Positions 1 through 12,551 of a stretch of DNA of 64,000 nt are shown here, one piece after another (the stretch's first letter is position 1; each line of letters begins with the position of its first letter). The position numbers and the translations under genes were made by a program. The stretch spans positions 682,001 through 746,000 of the forward strand of contig MCFH01000020.1 of the NCBI GenBank assembly GCA_002104945.1, written 5' to 3'. The notes under the pieces are model-generated. The model was not told the origin of the DNA. It was given only the letters and a program-made list of their open reading frames with translations, and made no database searches. The stretch is from Piromyces finnis finn (taxonomy: Eukaryota; Fungi; Neocallimastigomycota).

Positions 1-518
1 TATTATATCTTAATAATATATTAAAATGTATTGTTATAAAAATACTTATGAATAAAGAATTATTCATTTCTATTATATATTATTATATATGAATTTTTTT
101 TCATTTATTATTAAATAAACTTTTATATTGTGATTATTCATTATTATTCTTAAATATAAATTTATCTTTTTAAAAGATTCTACTATTATATATATATTAA
201 TTTTTCCTTTTAAATAACTCGATTTAATATTAAATTATATAATTTTTAAATATTTTCATTATATTTATATATATATAAATTTTTTTTTTCTTCCATTATT
301 TATAATAATATATATACTAAAATATTTCTTTTTTTCAATTTAAATCTTTTTAAAAAAAGAAATTATTTTTGAATTTTTTTGAAAAAAATCTATAAAAAAT
401 AATTTTTGTAAATCTTAAATTTCAAGAAAAAGCTAGTTCTTTTTTATATATATATATATAATTAATAAAATCTATACAAAATAAAATTTATTGTATTTTA
501 TTTAGTTAACAATTAAAA

Positions 519-2608
519 ATGCGTATTTCAGCTATTTTCAATTCATTACTTCTTGTTTCAGGATCTTACGCCTGGAAATGGGCCAAAAAGGGAAAGGCTT
601 CAGTTACCAGATATGGTAGTATGGGTATTTTATCTTGTAATTGTAAAATTTCAGCAATGGAAGTTGGTCCAGCTTGTGCTATCAATGAAAATGCCTATGG
701 TGGTTATGATGGTTTAGGTTCAGGAGTTGCTTGTGGTGTAAATATTATTATATAAAATTTTATTATTGACAATGAAATTAAAATGTTTATTATCAAAGTT
801 AAATACTAAAAAGTAATACACTACAGTATATATAAAAAGAATACATTAAAAAAATTGACAATGAAATTAAAATATTTATTATCAGAGTTAAATACTAAAA
901 AGTAATACATTACAGTATATATAAAAAGAATACATTAAAAAAAAAAGTTTTTATAATTAGAACGAAATAACAATAGTAATACAGTAATATGATTATTATA
1001 CAATATAAATTGAAATTCCAATTGAAATAAAATATCCAAATATGCATTTAAGTTTATAAATAAAATTTAAAATAAATCAAATATGATAATTATTAATTGT
1101 AATTGTAAATGAAGCAAATGATAATTCAATATTAAAAAGTTAAAAGATTCAAAATAAGAAGCCAAAGTATAAAAAATCAAAATGAATGATTATTATATAA
1201 ATGTATGAAAAATCAAAATTAAGCCATTTTAACTGTTTTTAATACCTAAAACGTTTATTATAAAAAATAAATAAAATTAATTATACTTGTACAATTCATT
1301 TGAATAAAATAGATGTGTTACAAATTAACTCCATATGGTACTTCTGAAACTGACCAATGGCCAAAATCAGAAGCTGACCTTCCAGGACCAATGGTCTTCA
1401 AGGTTACTGGTAAATATTTAATTGGATAAAGTAGTAAATAATTGTAATTCAGTTATATTAATATTAATATAATCATTAAAAAAATATAAATTAAAATTTT
1501 TAGATATTTGTCCATACAATGCTAATCCAAAATGGTGTCCAAGTCAAGAATCTGCTCCAAAGAACAGTGTTGGTATGGAATATCACTTTGATGTAAGTAT
1601 TTTAATAAATAAATAAAACAATAATAAAAAATTTAAATTGGTATATATTTTCTAATTTTTTTTATATAAATAATGAATATTGATTTGATATATATGTAGA
1701 TTAATGTTGATTCTTGGCAACCAGAAACTCTTATCAAATGGTTCGGTAATGGTTCATTAGGTACAATGAATGTCGAATTCGAATTAGTTTCCTGTGAAGA
1801 ATGGCTCGGTTGGTCAAAGAAGGGAAAATTCGAAGGTCTTGGTGTAAGTAGTGTCAAGTGTTATAATTATTTTAATATTAAAAAATAGTTGAAAAATTAT
1901 TTAATTAAAAAAATGGCAACGCTTATATTATAACTATAACAGGATAATCCATGGTGGGGTTGTTGTCCAGCTAATCCAGTAAATATAATATTTATTAATA
2001 AATTTATCATTATATGTAATTTTAATTCATATTACACAAGATATTAATTTTAATTGCTATAATTTAATAATAATAATAATAATAATAGTCTGTCGAACAA
2101 GATACAATTTGTGGTTACCCAGCCGAAAATAAGCCACCAGCTCCACAAGAAACTGACAGAATCAAGCCAACTGATTTCCCATTTGTTGGTGCTAGTAGCA
2201 GTAATGATGTTCAAGTTACTACCTCAAGCTCTGTTAAGCCAACTTCTTCTTCATGCTGGTCTTTACCAGATTACCCATGTTGTTCTACTTGTGATGTTGT
2301 TTACACTGATGATCATAACTGGGGTGTTGAAAACGGTGAATGGTAAATAATAAAATATAAAATAATAAAATTGGTATAATTTTTATTATAAATCTAATTT
2401 GAAATTAAAAATATATGAAACTTTATTTTATAAAAATAGGTGTGGTATTGATGATGAAGCTTGTGGTACTAACTCTAGTGCTTCTGAATGTCCAGTCACT
2501 GCCATCGGTTATCCATGTTGTCAAAACACTTGTGAAGAAGTATACACTGATGAATACAGATGGGGTGTTGAAAATGATGATTGGTGTGGTCTTAAAGACT
2601 CTTGTTAA
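519..2608 (+). CDS. Secreted GH45 subfamily C / expansin-like (DPBB fold) endoglucanase with two C-terminal fungal dockerin (CBM10-type) domains; 7 exons, about 335 aa
   Basis: GT-AG exons 519-737, 1313-1409, 1504-1592, 1700-1843, 1943-1978, 2089-2342, 2440-2608 splice into one frame (1008 nt). Signal peptide MRISAIFNSLLLVSGSYA. Motifs GKASVTRY, ACAINENAYG..GLGSGVACGMCYKLT, FKVTDICPYNANPKWC...NSVGMEYHFDI and EFELVSCEEW resemble PcCel45A. Two YPCC...VYTD...WGVEN..WCG dockerins follow a Ser/Thr linker. Confidence 0.85.
765..942. repeat. Tandem duplication of an 89-bp unit inside intron 1 of the GH45-like gene
   Basis: attgacaatgaaattaaaat...aaagaatacattaaaaaaa starts at 765 and again at 854 with few mismatches. 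Confidence 0.9.
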
Positions 2609-4168
2609 ATTTGAGATGATTATACCAATTCTTAAAAGTAAAAAATAAAAATAATAACAGTAATTATAATAAAAATAAAAAAAAAAAAAAAATTAAAAAT
2701 AATCAAAATAAAAATAAAAAAAAATATTGATTATTCATTACATTTTATTTTACGGAAAAGAAAGAAATTATAATAAAAAAAAAGGTTTTTTTTATTATTA
2801 TTATTATTATTCTATATCTTTTATATGTATCATTCCTATTGTAATTATAACCTAGTAATTATTAATAATAATAATAAAATTATTTAAAAAATATAATTAT
2901 TTTATTATTCCTATTTTAATTTGGAAAGTTGAGTATTAAATATTGTATACACTTTAATTTCTATAAAAAAGAAAAGAAAAATTGTAAATATAAAAAAAAA
3001 TGAAAATTTATACTTTCGGAATACAATAGTACTAAATCTATTGAACGATTTTTAATTCCAATAATTTTAACATTTTTTTTAATTTATTGGTATGGTATTT
3101 TATTTGTTTATTACTTTACAAAAAATATATATATATATATTATTCTTTTTCTCTCTTTTTTTTTTTTTTTTTTTTTCAAAAATATATATATTATTATTAT
3201 TTATAAATAATTTATTGTTATTCACTAAAGTATTTCTATTATTAATTTACATTGTTTTAATTATAAATATGTTTTATATATATGTATGTATTTGCTCTAT
3301 AATAAACTATTAATTATAATAATATAATAAAAAAAATTTCTTTTTTTTTTTTTTTTTTTTGTAATTTTCTTTCTTTTATAAATTCTTTTTTTTTTTTTTA
3401 ATTTTTTTTATTTTCTTTTAATTTATGATACTTCTTTCGACTTTGTAGTATTATTAATCTAAAATATTGTAATATTGTATATAATTCAAAAATAAATATA
3501 TAAAAACTGAGGAATAGTAATGTAAAATAAAACTATGTAAATATTATTTTTCTTTTCTTTCATTTTGCTTATTTTTTTTATTCTTTTTTTTTGTTTGTTT
3601 GTTTTCTACTTTAATCTTTTTAAAATGTAATCTTGAAAAAAAAAAACTGATATAAAATGATATTGATATACATTCATTACTTTATATTTTTATCCATTTC
3701 TTGTTTGTTGTATTTTTTTTTTTTTTCTGTTTGCTTGTTTGTTTTTAAATAAAATAGGTATAGATTGGTAGAATTAAGTTAAATATATACACATTGTTTA
3801 TATATATTGAAATCTCTATTATTAACTTAATGTGACAATATTGTATTTTTATCTTTTTTTTTTAAATTTGTTATCTTTTTTCTTTTCATAAAAAGGTATA
3901 TAAATATAATTCTATTATTAATTTATATTTCAAAACTAAAAGTTGTTAATTCATCTTGAATTATTCTTGTAAAAATAATCATAATAATAATAAATAGGAT
4001 AACATTAATTATTATATTGTACTGTTGTTGTTGTTGTTGTTGTTGTTTTTTCCTTTACTTTATTATATTATATTTGCCTTAGAAAAGGAGAGGTTGAAAT
4101 AATTGACTTTTTTATTTTTTCTATAAATAATTATCTGATAAAGTATATGAAATTGTTATAGCATTTTA

Positions 4169-7100
4169 TTAATTACTACTTTGATTAAGAGATAAAGATG
4201 ACGATGTAGCAGAACTTGAATTTAATGAACCAGAACTAGAAAAGAGTTTCCATTTTTTTGATTCATTAGCCATGTCAGTATAAACAGCACATTCTGCTAA
4301 TAAATAGGCTTCCTTCATAATAAGTTCTTTATTTATTGGAGTACGCATTAAAAGAATAGAACGGTCAATACCTTGATATTGATTAGAAGCTTGTACAATT
4401 TCTCTTGCCTTGAGAAGTGCCTTTTGTTGTAAATCTTCAAAAGTTTCGGCAATTTCTTGTATGATACCCTTTTCTAATGCTTCTTCCATAGACATACCAT
4501 ATGAACCTGGTTGTAAATACATATCGAAACTGTTACCACGTTGAACGTAGGATTCCATATTAGCGGAAAGCATCATACCCGGACAAACACCTCTTGGTAA
4601 ATTACCAAAATCAATAGTAGAAGTTTTTAGAGCGACTCTCCAATCACAATTTAATGAAAGAGCTAAACCACCACCAACAATACGGCCGTTTAACATTCCA
4701 ATAACAGGTATCTTTAATTCAAGAATGGAAGCATAGTCACGATAAATTTCATAAACTTCTAATGCCATACGTAAATGTGTTTTTCCTTCAATATTGGCAA
4801 CCCAAGATGGATCAGCACCTGTACAAAAGTGTCTTCTATATCCACGTAAAATTACACATTTAATGTCCTTTCTATTTTTAAGGGTGTCTACGTGAGCATG
4901 AAGTTGACGAGAAACATCTAAATTCATACCATTATAATTTTGTGGAGAACAGATTTCAAGAACAGCAATACCTTCTTCAAGATCATAAAGCTTAACTAAT
5001 TCCTTACTATTATCCCAAGAAAGTTGATATTCTTCCATAGCACAACGAACCATAGTACTTTCCATCGATGGACTAGTTTCTTCTTCAGATTCACGAAGAT
5101 TTATAATATTAATTTGATTTGTAATAAATTTATCAAAAAGTATCTTAACTAAATTGTTGCATTGATCCTTAGTACTACAAACGAAATCTACTAAATTACA
5201 TTTCTTTGCTTCTTCTACTCGAATTGGTTCACCAAAAAGCATCATACGTTTAGCTGTAGTCTTAGAGAGCTTCTTTAAAGCTGCAACAGAAACTAAAGCA
5301 GGAATACCACCACGTCTAACTTCTGGAAAACCAAAACTAGCATCATCATAGGCAATAACATAGTCAGCCATTAATGGGAAAAGCATACTACCACCCCTAC
5401 AATTACCTTGGCATATAACAACAATTGGTTGAATAGCTTCTTCTAAACGTTTAACAAATTCACCATAATTCTTAATGGATTGTTCAAAAGCATCACTAGA
5501 AAAACCACCACTATTTAAATCCCATCCAGTAGAGAAATTCTTTCCATTACTTTCAATAAGAAGAATTTTGTTTGGATCATATGCCTTCATTAACTTTGTT
5601 AACATATCACCAGTAAAACTATTATTAGCTTCAGGACGGTTAAATACAACATGAACTACACGATCAGTACTTTCAATTATAATATCTGGTTTAGGAATAA
5701 TAGAAGATGGATCAACTGCTTTAGCTTTAGCAGCACTACTTGATGTAGCCTCAGAATCATTAGAATGGTGTGAATTTTTAGTCATTGGTACATTGACAAT
5801 TGGAGTTGGTGTCTTGACAACTGGAGTTGGTGTCTTGACAACTGGAGTTGGTGCCTTGACAATTGGAGTTGGTGTCTTGACAACTGGAGTTGGTGCCTTG
5901 ACAATTGGAGTTGGTGTCTTGACAACTGGAGTTGGTGCCTTGACAATTGGAGTTGGTGTCTTGACAACTGGAGTTGGTGCCTTGACAATTGGAGTTGGTG
6001 TCTTGACAATTGGAGTTGGTGCCTTGACAACTGGAGCTGGTGTCTTGACAATTGGGGTTGGTGCTTTGACAACTGGAGCTGGTGTCTTGACAACTGGGGT
6101 TGGTATCTTGACAACTGGGGTTGGTGTCTTGATAACTGGGGCTGGTGTCTTGACAACTGGAGTTGATACAAGTTTTTCTTCTAAATATGATTTAGCTATT
6201 GGAGTCTTAGTTCCAGATGAATCAAAGCTTAATTGAGCATTATTAACATTAATAACCTTTGGAACCTTCAAGACTTGATCTAATTTTTTATTCAAAACAT
6301 AATCTCCAGAGTCTAAATCTTTTATCTTGGGAGAAACAGTTACATTTTTCTTTGATGGTACTGGTTTTGGAGAAGGTGTGACCTTTCTTTCAACAGTTTC
6401 GGTAAGGTTTACTGGTGAGAAACTGACTGATGAATCTGAACTTCTTAAAGTAACATCTGCATCACTAGAAAGTTCAATTTCTTCTAATATTTTATCCTTT
6501 TCAAGACAAACCTTTCTTTCTGGATGAATACCAATCATATAAGTGTAGGTCTTACGAAGATCACGGTGATCCCATACATGTTTTGGCATTGGATAATCGA
6601 TACTACGAATCTTATCCAAAGTTTCACCATCAATACCATCCATGAAATCAATATAATATTGTCTCCAATTAAAGTTGTTGAAACATTTTTTAGCATACAT
6701 ATTTGCTATATTTCTACTTAAGCTATTATTATTATTTAACTTACGAGAAAGGGTATAGAAGATATTATCCTGATGGAAATCGTTACTCATATAGATACCT
6801 AAAACTGGTGTGGAACCAATTTCTAAAACTTTATCGATCTTTGAACGAGCAATCTTGGTTGCTTGGCTAAAGTTGACTGGACTAATGATATTTGTCCACC
6901 AATATTCTTCATCAAATGGACCTTGATATTCTCTGCCATAGGTAGAGGATATGAATGGAATCTTTGGTGCTTTAACTCTATTACCAATACCTTGGATACT
7001 TTGAAGGAATTTGTCCTTAGCTGTAATAATGTAGGAAGTATGGAAAGCCTTCTTTACCTTTAACATAACAGAAAAGACATTGTTCTTCCTGGCTTCAGCC

Positions 7101-10100
7101 ATAATTTCATTAAGTTGTTCAAGATCACCACCAAGAGTAATATCTTTTGGACTATTAATTGAAGCAATAAAAACCTTATCTTTACCCTTTAAGTAAATTG
7201 ATTGAGCTTCTTCAGAGCTACAACCAATAGCTAACATACCACTCTTTGCACCAGCATCAACTACATTTTCGCTTATTTGTCCATAGTTATAAAGTAAAAG
7301 AATAGCATCCTCAATAGTTAAAATACCAGCAGCATAAGCAGCAGCAACTTCACCCATACTATGACCAAAGACAAGAGCTGGTTCAACACCATAACGTTTC
7401 CATAGTTCAACTAGAGCTAATTCTATTATTCCAATAGCTGGGAATGAATACTGTGGATCTAAAAGTTTTTCTTCATTTACAGGACCCTTACCAAATAAGC
7501 CAGTCTCCTTTAAAAGATCTTTTTTAGAAATTTGGGTATGGATAGAATTGCAGTAATCAATAATACTTGCGAAATATGGGTTCATATTGTAAAGTTGAAG
7601 ACCCATTTCTGGATATTGAGTACCTTGACCTGAGAAGGTGAAGGCTACCTTTGGTTTAACAGAAATCTTATTATTATACTTGATAACATTGATATGATTA
7701 CGACCCTTTAAAATAATATCAACATAGTCATAGAATTTTGCTGGATCATCTAAAATAAAGGAAATACGATAATGACTGTCTTCTCTACAAGTATTTGAAA
7801 TATAAAGTTGTGGAAGAAGAGTTTCCATTGGAACCTTACGCCATTCTTCTAATTGTTGCATAACTAATTTTTCATTGTAACCAGAAATCTTGGCAACAAT
7901 TGGTTTGCCTTGAGAAATATTAAGTTGAATATCTTGTGGATTCAAATGTTTAACTTCTTCTAATAAAGCATTTGTGTTGGCACCACCAAAACCAAATGAG
8001 TTTACTGCAGCATGTAAGATATGAGGGGTATTCCAATCTTCTAATTTTTCACAAACTTTAATACCTAATTTTTCGGCATCAATAGCTTGATTAAGACGAT
8101 GATAGGCGGCCGTTGGTACTAATTTACGTTTATAAAGCATCATTGAAGTCTTAATAATGCTTACAATACCACTAGAATTTTCACCATGACCTGTATTACC
8201 CTTTACAGAACTAACTAATACAGGTGGGTCATTTGGACCACGAATACCCTTACCTCTACCATAAGCATCACCTATAGCATGGGATTCAATTGGATCACCA
8301 ACCTTTGTACCAGTACCATGGGCTTCAACATAATCAATTTGAGTTGGATTAATACCAGATTTCTCACAAACATGAGTTAATAACTTATATTGTGCTTCAT
8401 AGGAAGGCATAGTAAGAGATGGGGAACGACCGTCTTCATTACTACCACAACCAACAATTGCACAATAAATCTTATCACCATCACGAACAGCTTTCTCATA
8501 AGGTTTAACTAATATCATACCAGCACCTTCTAACTTTGCATAACCATCAGCTTTTTCATCAAATGGTTTACATGAACCATCTTTAGAAACAACACGAAGT
8601 TGAGAATAAGCTACAAAACTACCTGGGCAACTCATAAAGTTTGAACCAGCAACAATAGCCATTTCACAATCATCAGTAATCATAGCATTTAAACCGATGT
8701 TTAAAGCAGAGAATGCTGATGAACATGCAGTATTACAACTTATAGATGGTCCTTGGAAATCAAAGACATAAGACAAACGATTGGCTAAAATGGAAAGCTC
8801 AAAACCAGTAGGACTGTGTGAATTAATATCATTAGCATGAGAAATTTGGGTAACTAAGTAATCAATACCTGATGATCCAATAAAAACACCAGTACGAGAA
8901 CCCTTTAAAGTTTCTGGTTTGATATTTGCATCTTCAAGAGTTTCAACGGTTAACTCTAAGAGCCAGCGTTGTTCTGGTGACATTTCCTTAGCTTCTGGCA
9001 TGGAGATGTAAAAATATTTGTTATCGAAAAGATATGGATTCTCTAAGAAGGCACCACGTTTGGTTTGAATGGTTCCTTGAACAGGTTCTTTAGAATACCA
9101 TTCATCTTTATCCCATCTTTCCTTTGGAATATCTTTGGTAATGCATTTACCATCTTCCAACATTTTCCAGAAGGATTCCTTTGATTCAATACCTTCTGGG
9201 AAATGACAACCAATACCAATGACAGCAAATTTTGGTTGTTGATAACCAAAGTTTCTTTGATATTTCTTTTCATTGGTAGTGTTAGATAAATTAGAATTTT
9301 GTATTGGATTCTTCAATGGAGAATAATGTACCTTTGGTTGGTTTATTAATACTTCTGGGAATTGATAGATGGCTACACGACCGATAATTTTTAATGCACT
9401 ATCTATTTCATCTTTGGTTTTATTTGCTTGAACAGTGGTTAATATTTTATATTTATGTATAGCATCTCTTTCGCTAGATTCATATGATACATATAAACCT
9501 TGTTCCTGTAATGCTTTATGAAAAGCGATTCCTGCATCATCAGTTGGCATGAAAATTGGAATGGTTGCTGATTTTGAATGACTTGGAACGTCTAAACCTA
9601 TACCTTTTAAACCATTCTTCCATTGAAGAATATTTTTAAAAAGTTGATGGCGTCTAGTGATTCTACCAGAAGATAAATTCATTGGTTCTTCTAAACTACT
9701 ATAGCTAGCTAATAAAGCATTGGCAGTATTTGGTAAGATAACTTCTTTTTCATTTCTTTTAATAATACGATCCATAAATTCCTTTTGATTTTCACCATAT
9801 GCAATAAATCCACCATTTGATTCCATGATTCCTGAAAATGAACCTGTTATAAAATCAACTTGACCTTTTAATTTATAAAATTCAAGTATATTATTTGATG
9901 AACCATCAAAGAAACCACAACCAAATGTATCATCTATTACAACTATACATTGATAAGTTTGAGCTATTCTATTTATTTCTTTTAATTGACATATATCACC
10001 TTCGTTTACAAAAATACTTGATGAAGCAATGACTTTTTTACTTTTTGGGAATTTTTCATGAACTAATTTAACTTGTTTTTCTAAATTCTCTATAGCATTA

Positions 10101-10842
10101 GCGTGTGAATATGATAATGTTTTTGCTTTTGAAAATAAAACAGCATCTATTACATTTTTTGAACTTGAAGAATCATAAAATATATAATCCATTCTTGTTA
10201 CTAATGTGGTAAACAATGATATATTTGCAACATTGGCTATTGAATTAAAAACAATAAATTAAATTATTTCGTTGATTTTATGATAATGCCAATTATAATC
10301 ATGATAGTTTTTAAATATTATTTTATTATGTAAATATATATGATAGTTTTTAAATATTATTTTATTATAGTAAAACATAAGAAATATTAAAAATAAAGGA
10401 TAATCATGATAAATAAAGATATTATATATATATGTGTGTGTTGTGTGCGTGTGTGTATGTTATACAAATATAATAATATAAAAATACAATATAGTATTGT
10501 ATTTAATTATTGTTAATAAATAAAGGACTTTTTATTATTGGTATAAAAAATTTTATATTATATTACCGCCAGAAAATGTAGCAGCATATTGATATCCATA
10601 ATCTTTTGATAATTTTTGCTCCAATTGTATTTTTAATGGACATTGTATATCTGAATTTAAACCATATTTTTCAATAGCTTCTATAGCTGCTTTTTTAACT
10701 TTGTCAATTTTTCCAAATTCAAATGGTAAAGAAGAGCAAAAATTTAAAGTCTTCATATAATAAAAATTTTATTATTTGGTTATATATCTTTATATAAAAT
10801 ACTAATATATGATTGTTTATTAATACTTACTTTATTTGACAT
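4169..10842 (-). CDS. Type I PKS-like multidomain protein: degenerate PLP alpha-oxoamine synthase (AONS/SPT-like) - KS - AT - Pro/Thr repeat - crotonase - crotonase; about 2087 aa
   Basis: Exons 10842-10831 (MSNK; start less certain), 10750-10567 and 10236-4169, all GT-AG and in frame. AOS-like motifs: LNFCS, KAAIEAIEKYG, FSGANVAN, EGDICQL, DDTFG. KS at about 9230-7955 with NTACSS, EAHGTGT, GNTGHGE and NSFGFGG. AT at about 7650-6740 with FSGQG, GHSMG and AFH. Two crotonase folds: FNRPEANNSF...FSTGWDL...FGFPEV at about 5660-5180, and HFCTGAD...GGGLALSLNCDWR at about 4980-4280. Confidence 0.88.
5796..6164 (-). repeat. Coding minisatellite, 21-bp unit, 17 full copies plus a partial one, encoding K(T/A)P(T/A)P(V/I)V
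   Basis: acaa(c/t)tggagttggtg(t/c)cttg units on the plus strand, in frame within the PKS-like ORF. Confidence 0.97.
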
Positions 10843-12258
10843 GTTTGATATTTTCTATAGTAAAATCTATATTTCTCTTTAATTTATAATCTGATTCTTT
10901 TTATATCAAAATATAAGAATTTTATATGCAATAATGCAATAATAAATATACTTTAAATTATAAACAATATATATAAATTTTAATTATATTTTAAAATAAA
11001 ACTATTAAATTATTTCATATACAGAATATTATTACAACAATAATAATAATAATAATAATTTTTTAATTACCAGTAATATATTTAATTATAGTTATTTATA
11101 TAGTCTTTATGTATATGTATTTAATTCAAACAAAAAGACACAAATATCTATTTTTTCCTTATTAAAACAAGTTTTTATTGAAATTTGTTTTATATGTAAC
11201 AAATATATTCAATACAAGAAAATGTTTTTATTATAATAAAATAATATATGTTATTTCTTTTAATTTATGGTTTTGTATAATAAGATATAAAATATATTTT
11301 TTTTAAAAAAAAAAATATCAATTAAATTATGGAATCTATGACAAATTATTTATCTTTCCAAAAGAACTAAATTATGTATTAATATCTTTGAATTGATAAA
11401 AACAACCTATGTATGTTGTAATTATAATAAATAAGTTTTCTATTTCTACTTTTTTTGGAGGTATATGTAATTATGTAATTATTTATCTTATAAATAATAA
11501 TTTATCTTGTAAAAAAATAAAATCTATTTCCTGATAAATATTTTTTAACTTTTAAATAAAACAACATTCAAAATATTTTGAATTATAAATGTTTTGGAAA
11601 TATTTTATTTCTGAATGAACAGTTTATTCTTTGTTTTTATTTATTTATTTTGTTAATTTAATTATAATTTTTCCTTGATATAATAAATATATATTTTTTG
11701 TTTTTTGTTTTTTGTTTTTTTTTAATTTGATATTCAATGTCTGTTTTTATTTGTTTTTACTTATTTACTATTTTGTAGTTTAAAAATATATTCGTATTAC
11801 TCTCTTTTTATATTTTTTAATTTATTCCTTTATTTTTTTTTTTTTTTTTTTTTTTGTGAATATTCTTTAATACATTTTTATTATATAATTTTAATTAAAT
11901 TAATTATGAAATATATAGATTAAATATATGAGTTTTATATTAATGTATGAAGTATTTATGTTGAAAATTGTATATATTTTTTATTTTCATCATATATTAT
12001 TCAAGTAACTTTTAATATATATAATTATTTTATTTAGCATATATTATTTTGTATATAATTTATATTAAAAATTAAATAGTGAAGTTCAAAATAATTTTTA
12101 GTTTTTGGTTAAACAAAAAATATTAAAAAAAAAAAAATTTCCTTAAAATTTGAAATTATTACACTTAAATTTATTTGTTCATTCATTTAATTAATATATT
12201 AATTTATTTAGTTGTTTATTTATTTTTAGTAAACTATCATTAAATTAGTTATGTTTAC

Positions 12259-12551
12259 TGATTTATTGATTTATTTATTGATTTATTTATTGATTGATTT
12301 ATTGATTTATTTATTTATTTATTGATTTATTGATTTATTTATTTATTTATTGATTTATTTATTTATTTATTTATTTATTGATTTATTTATTTATTTATTT
12401 ATTTATTTATTTGTTTATTTATTGATTTATTTATTGATTTATTTATTGATTGATTTATTGATTTATTGATTTATTTATTTATTTATTGATTTATTGATTT
12501 ATTTATTTATTTACTTATTTATTTATTTATTTATTGATTTATTTATTTATT
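12259..12551. repeat. Compound (TTTA)/(TTGA) microsatellite
   Basis: About 290 bp made almost only of ttta and ttga tetramers. Confidence 0.95.

Noticed and set aside
5782-6236. ORF-track ORFs 5782-6171 and 5793-6236
   Set aside because: Alternative-frame and antisense readings of the 21-bp coding repeat, which is stop-free by construction.
6300-6330. KDLDSGDY in the PKS linker as a possible ACP phosphopantetheine site
   Set aside because: It is DSG rather than GxDSL/I, and the flanks are Pro/Lys-rich with no sign of an ACP helical bundle.
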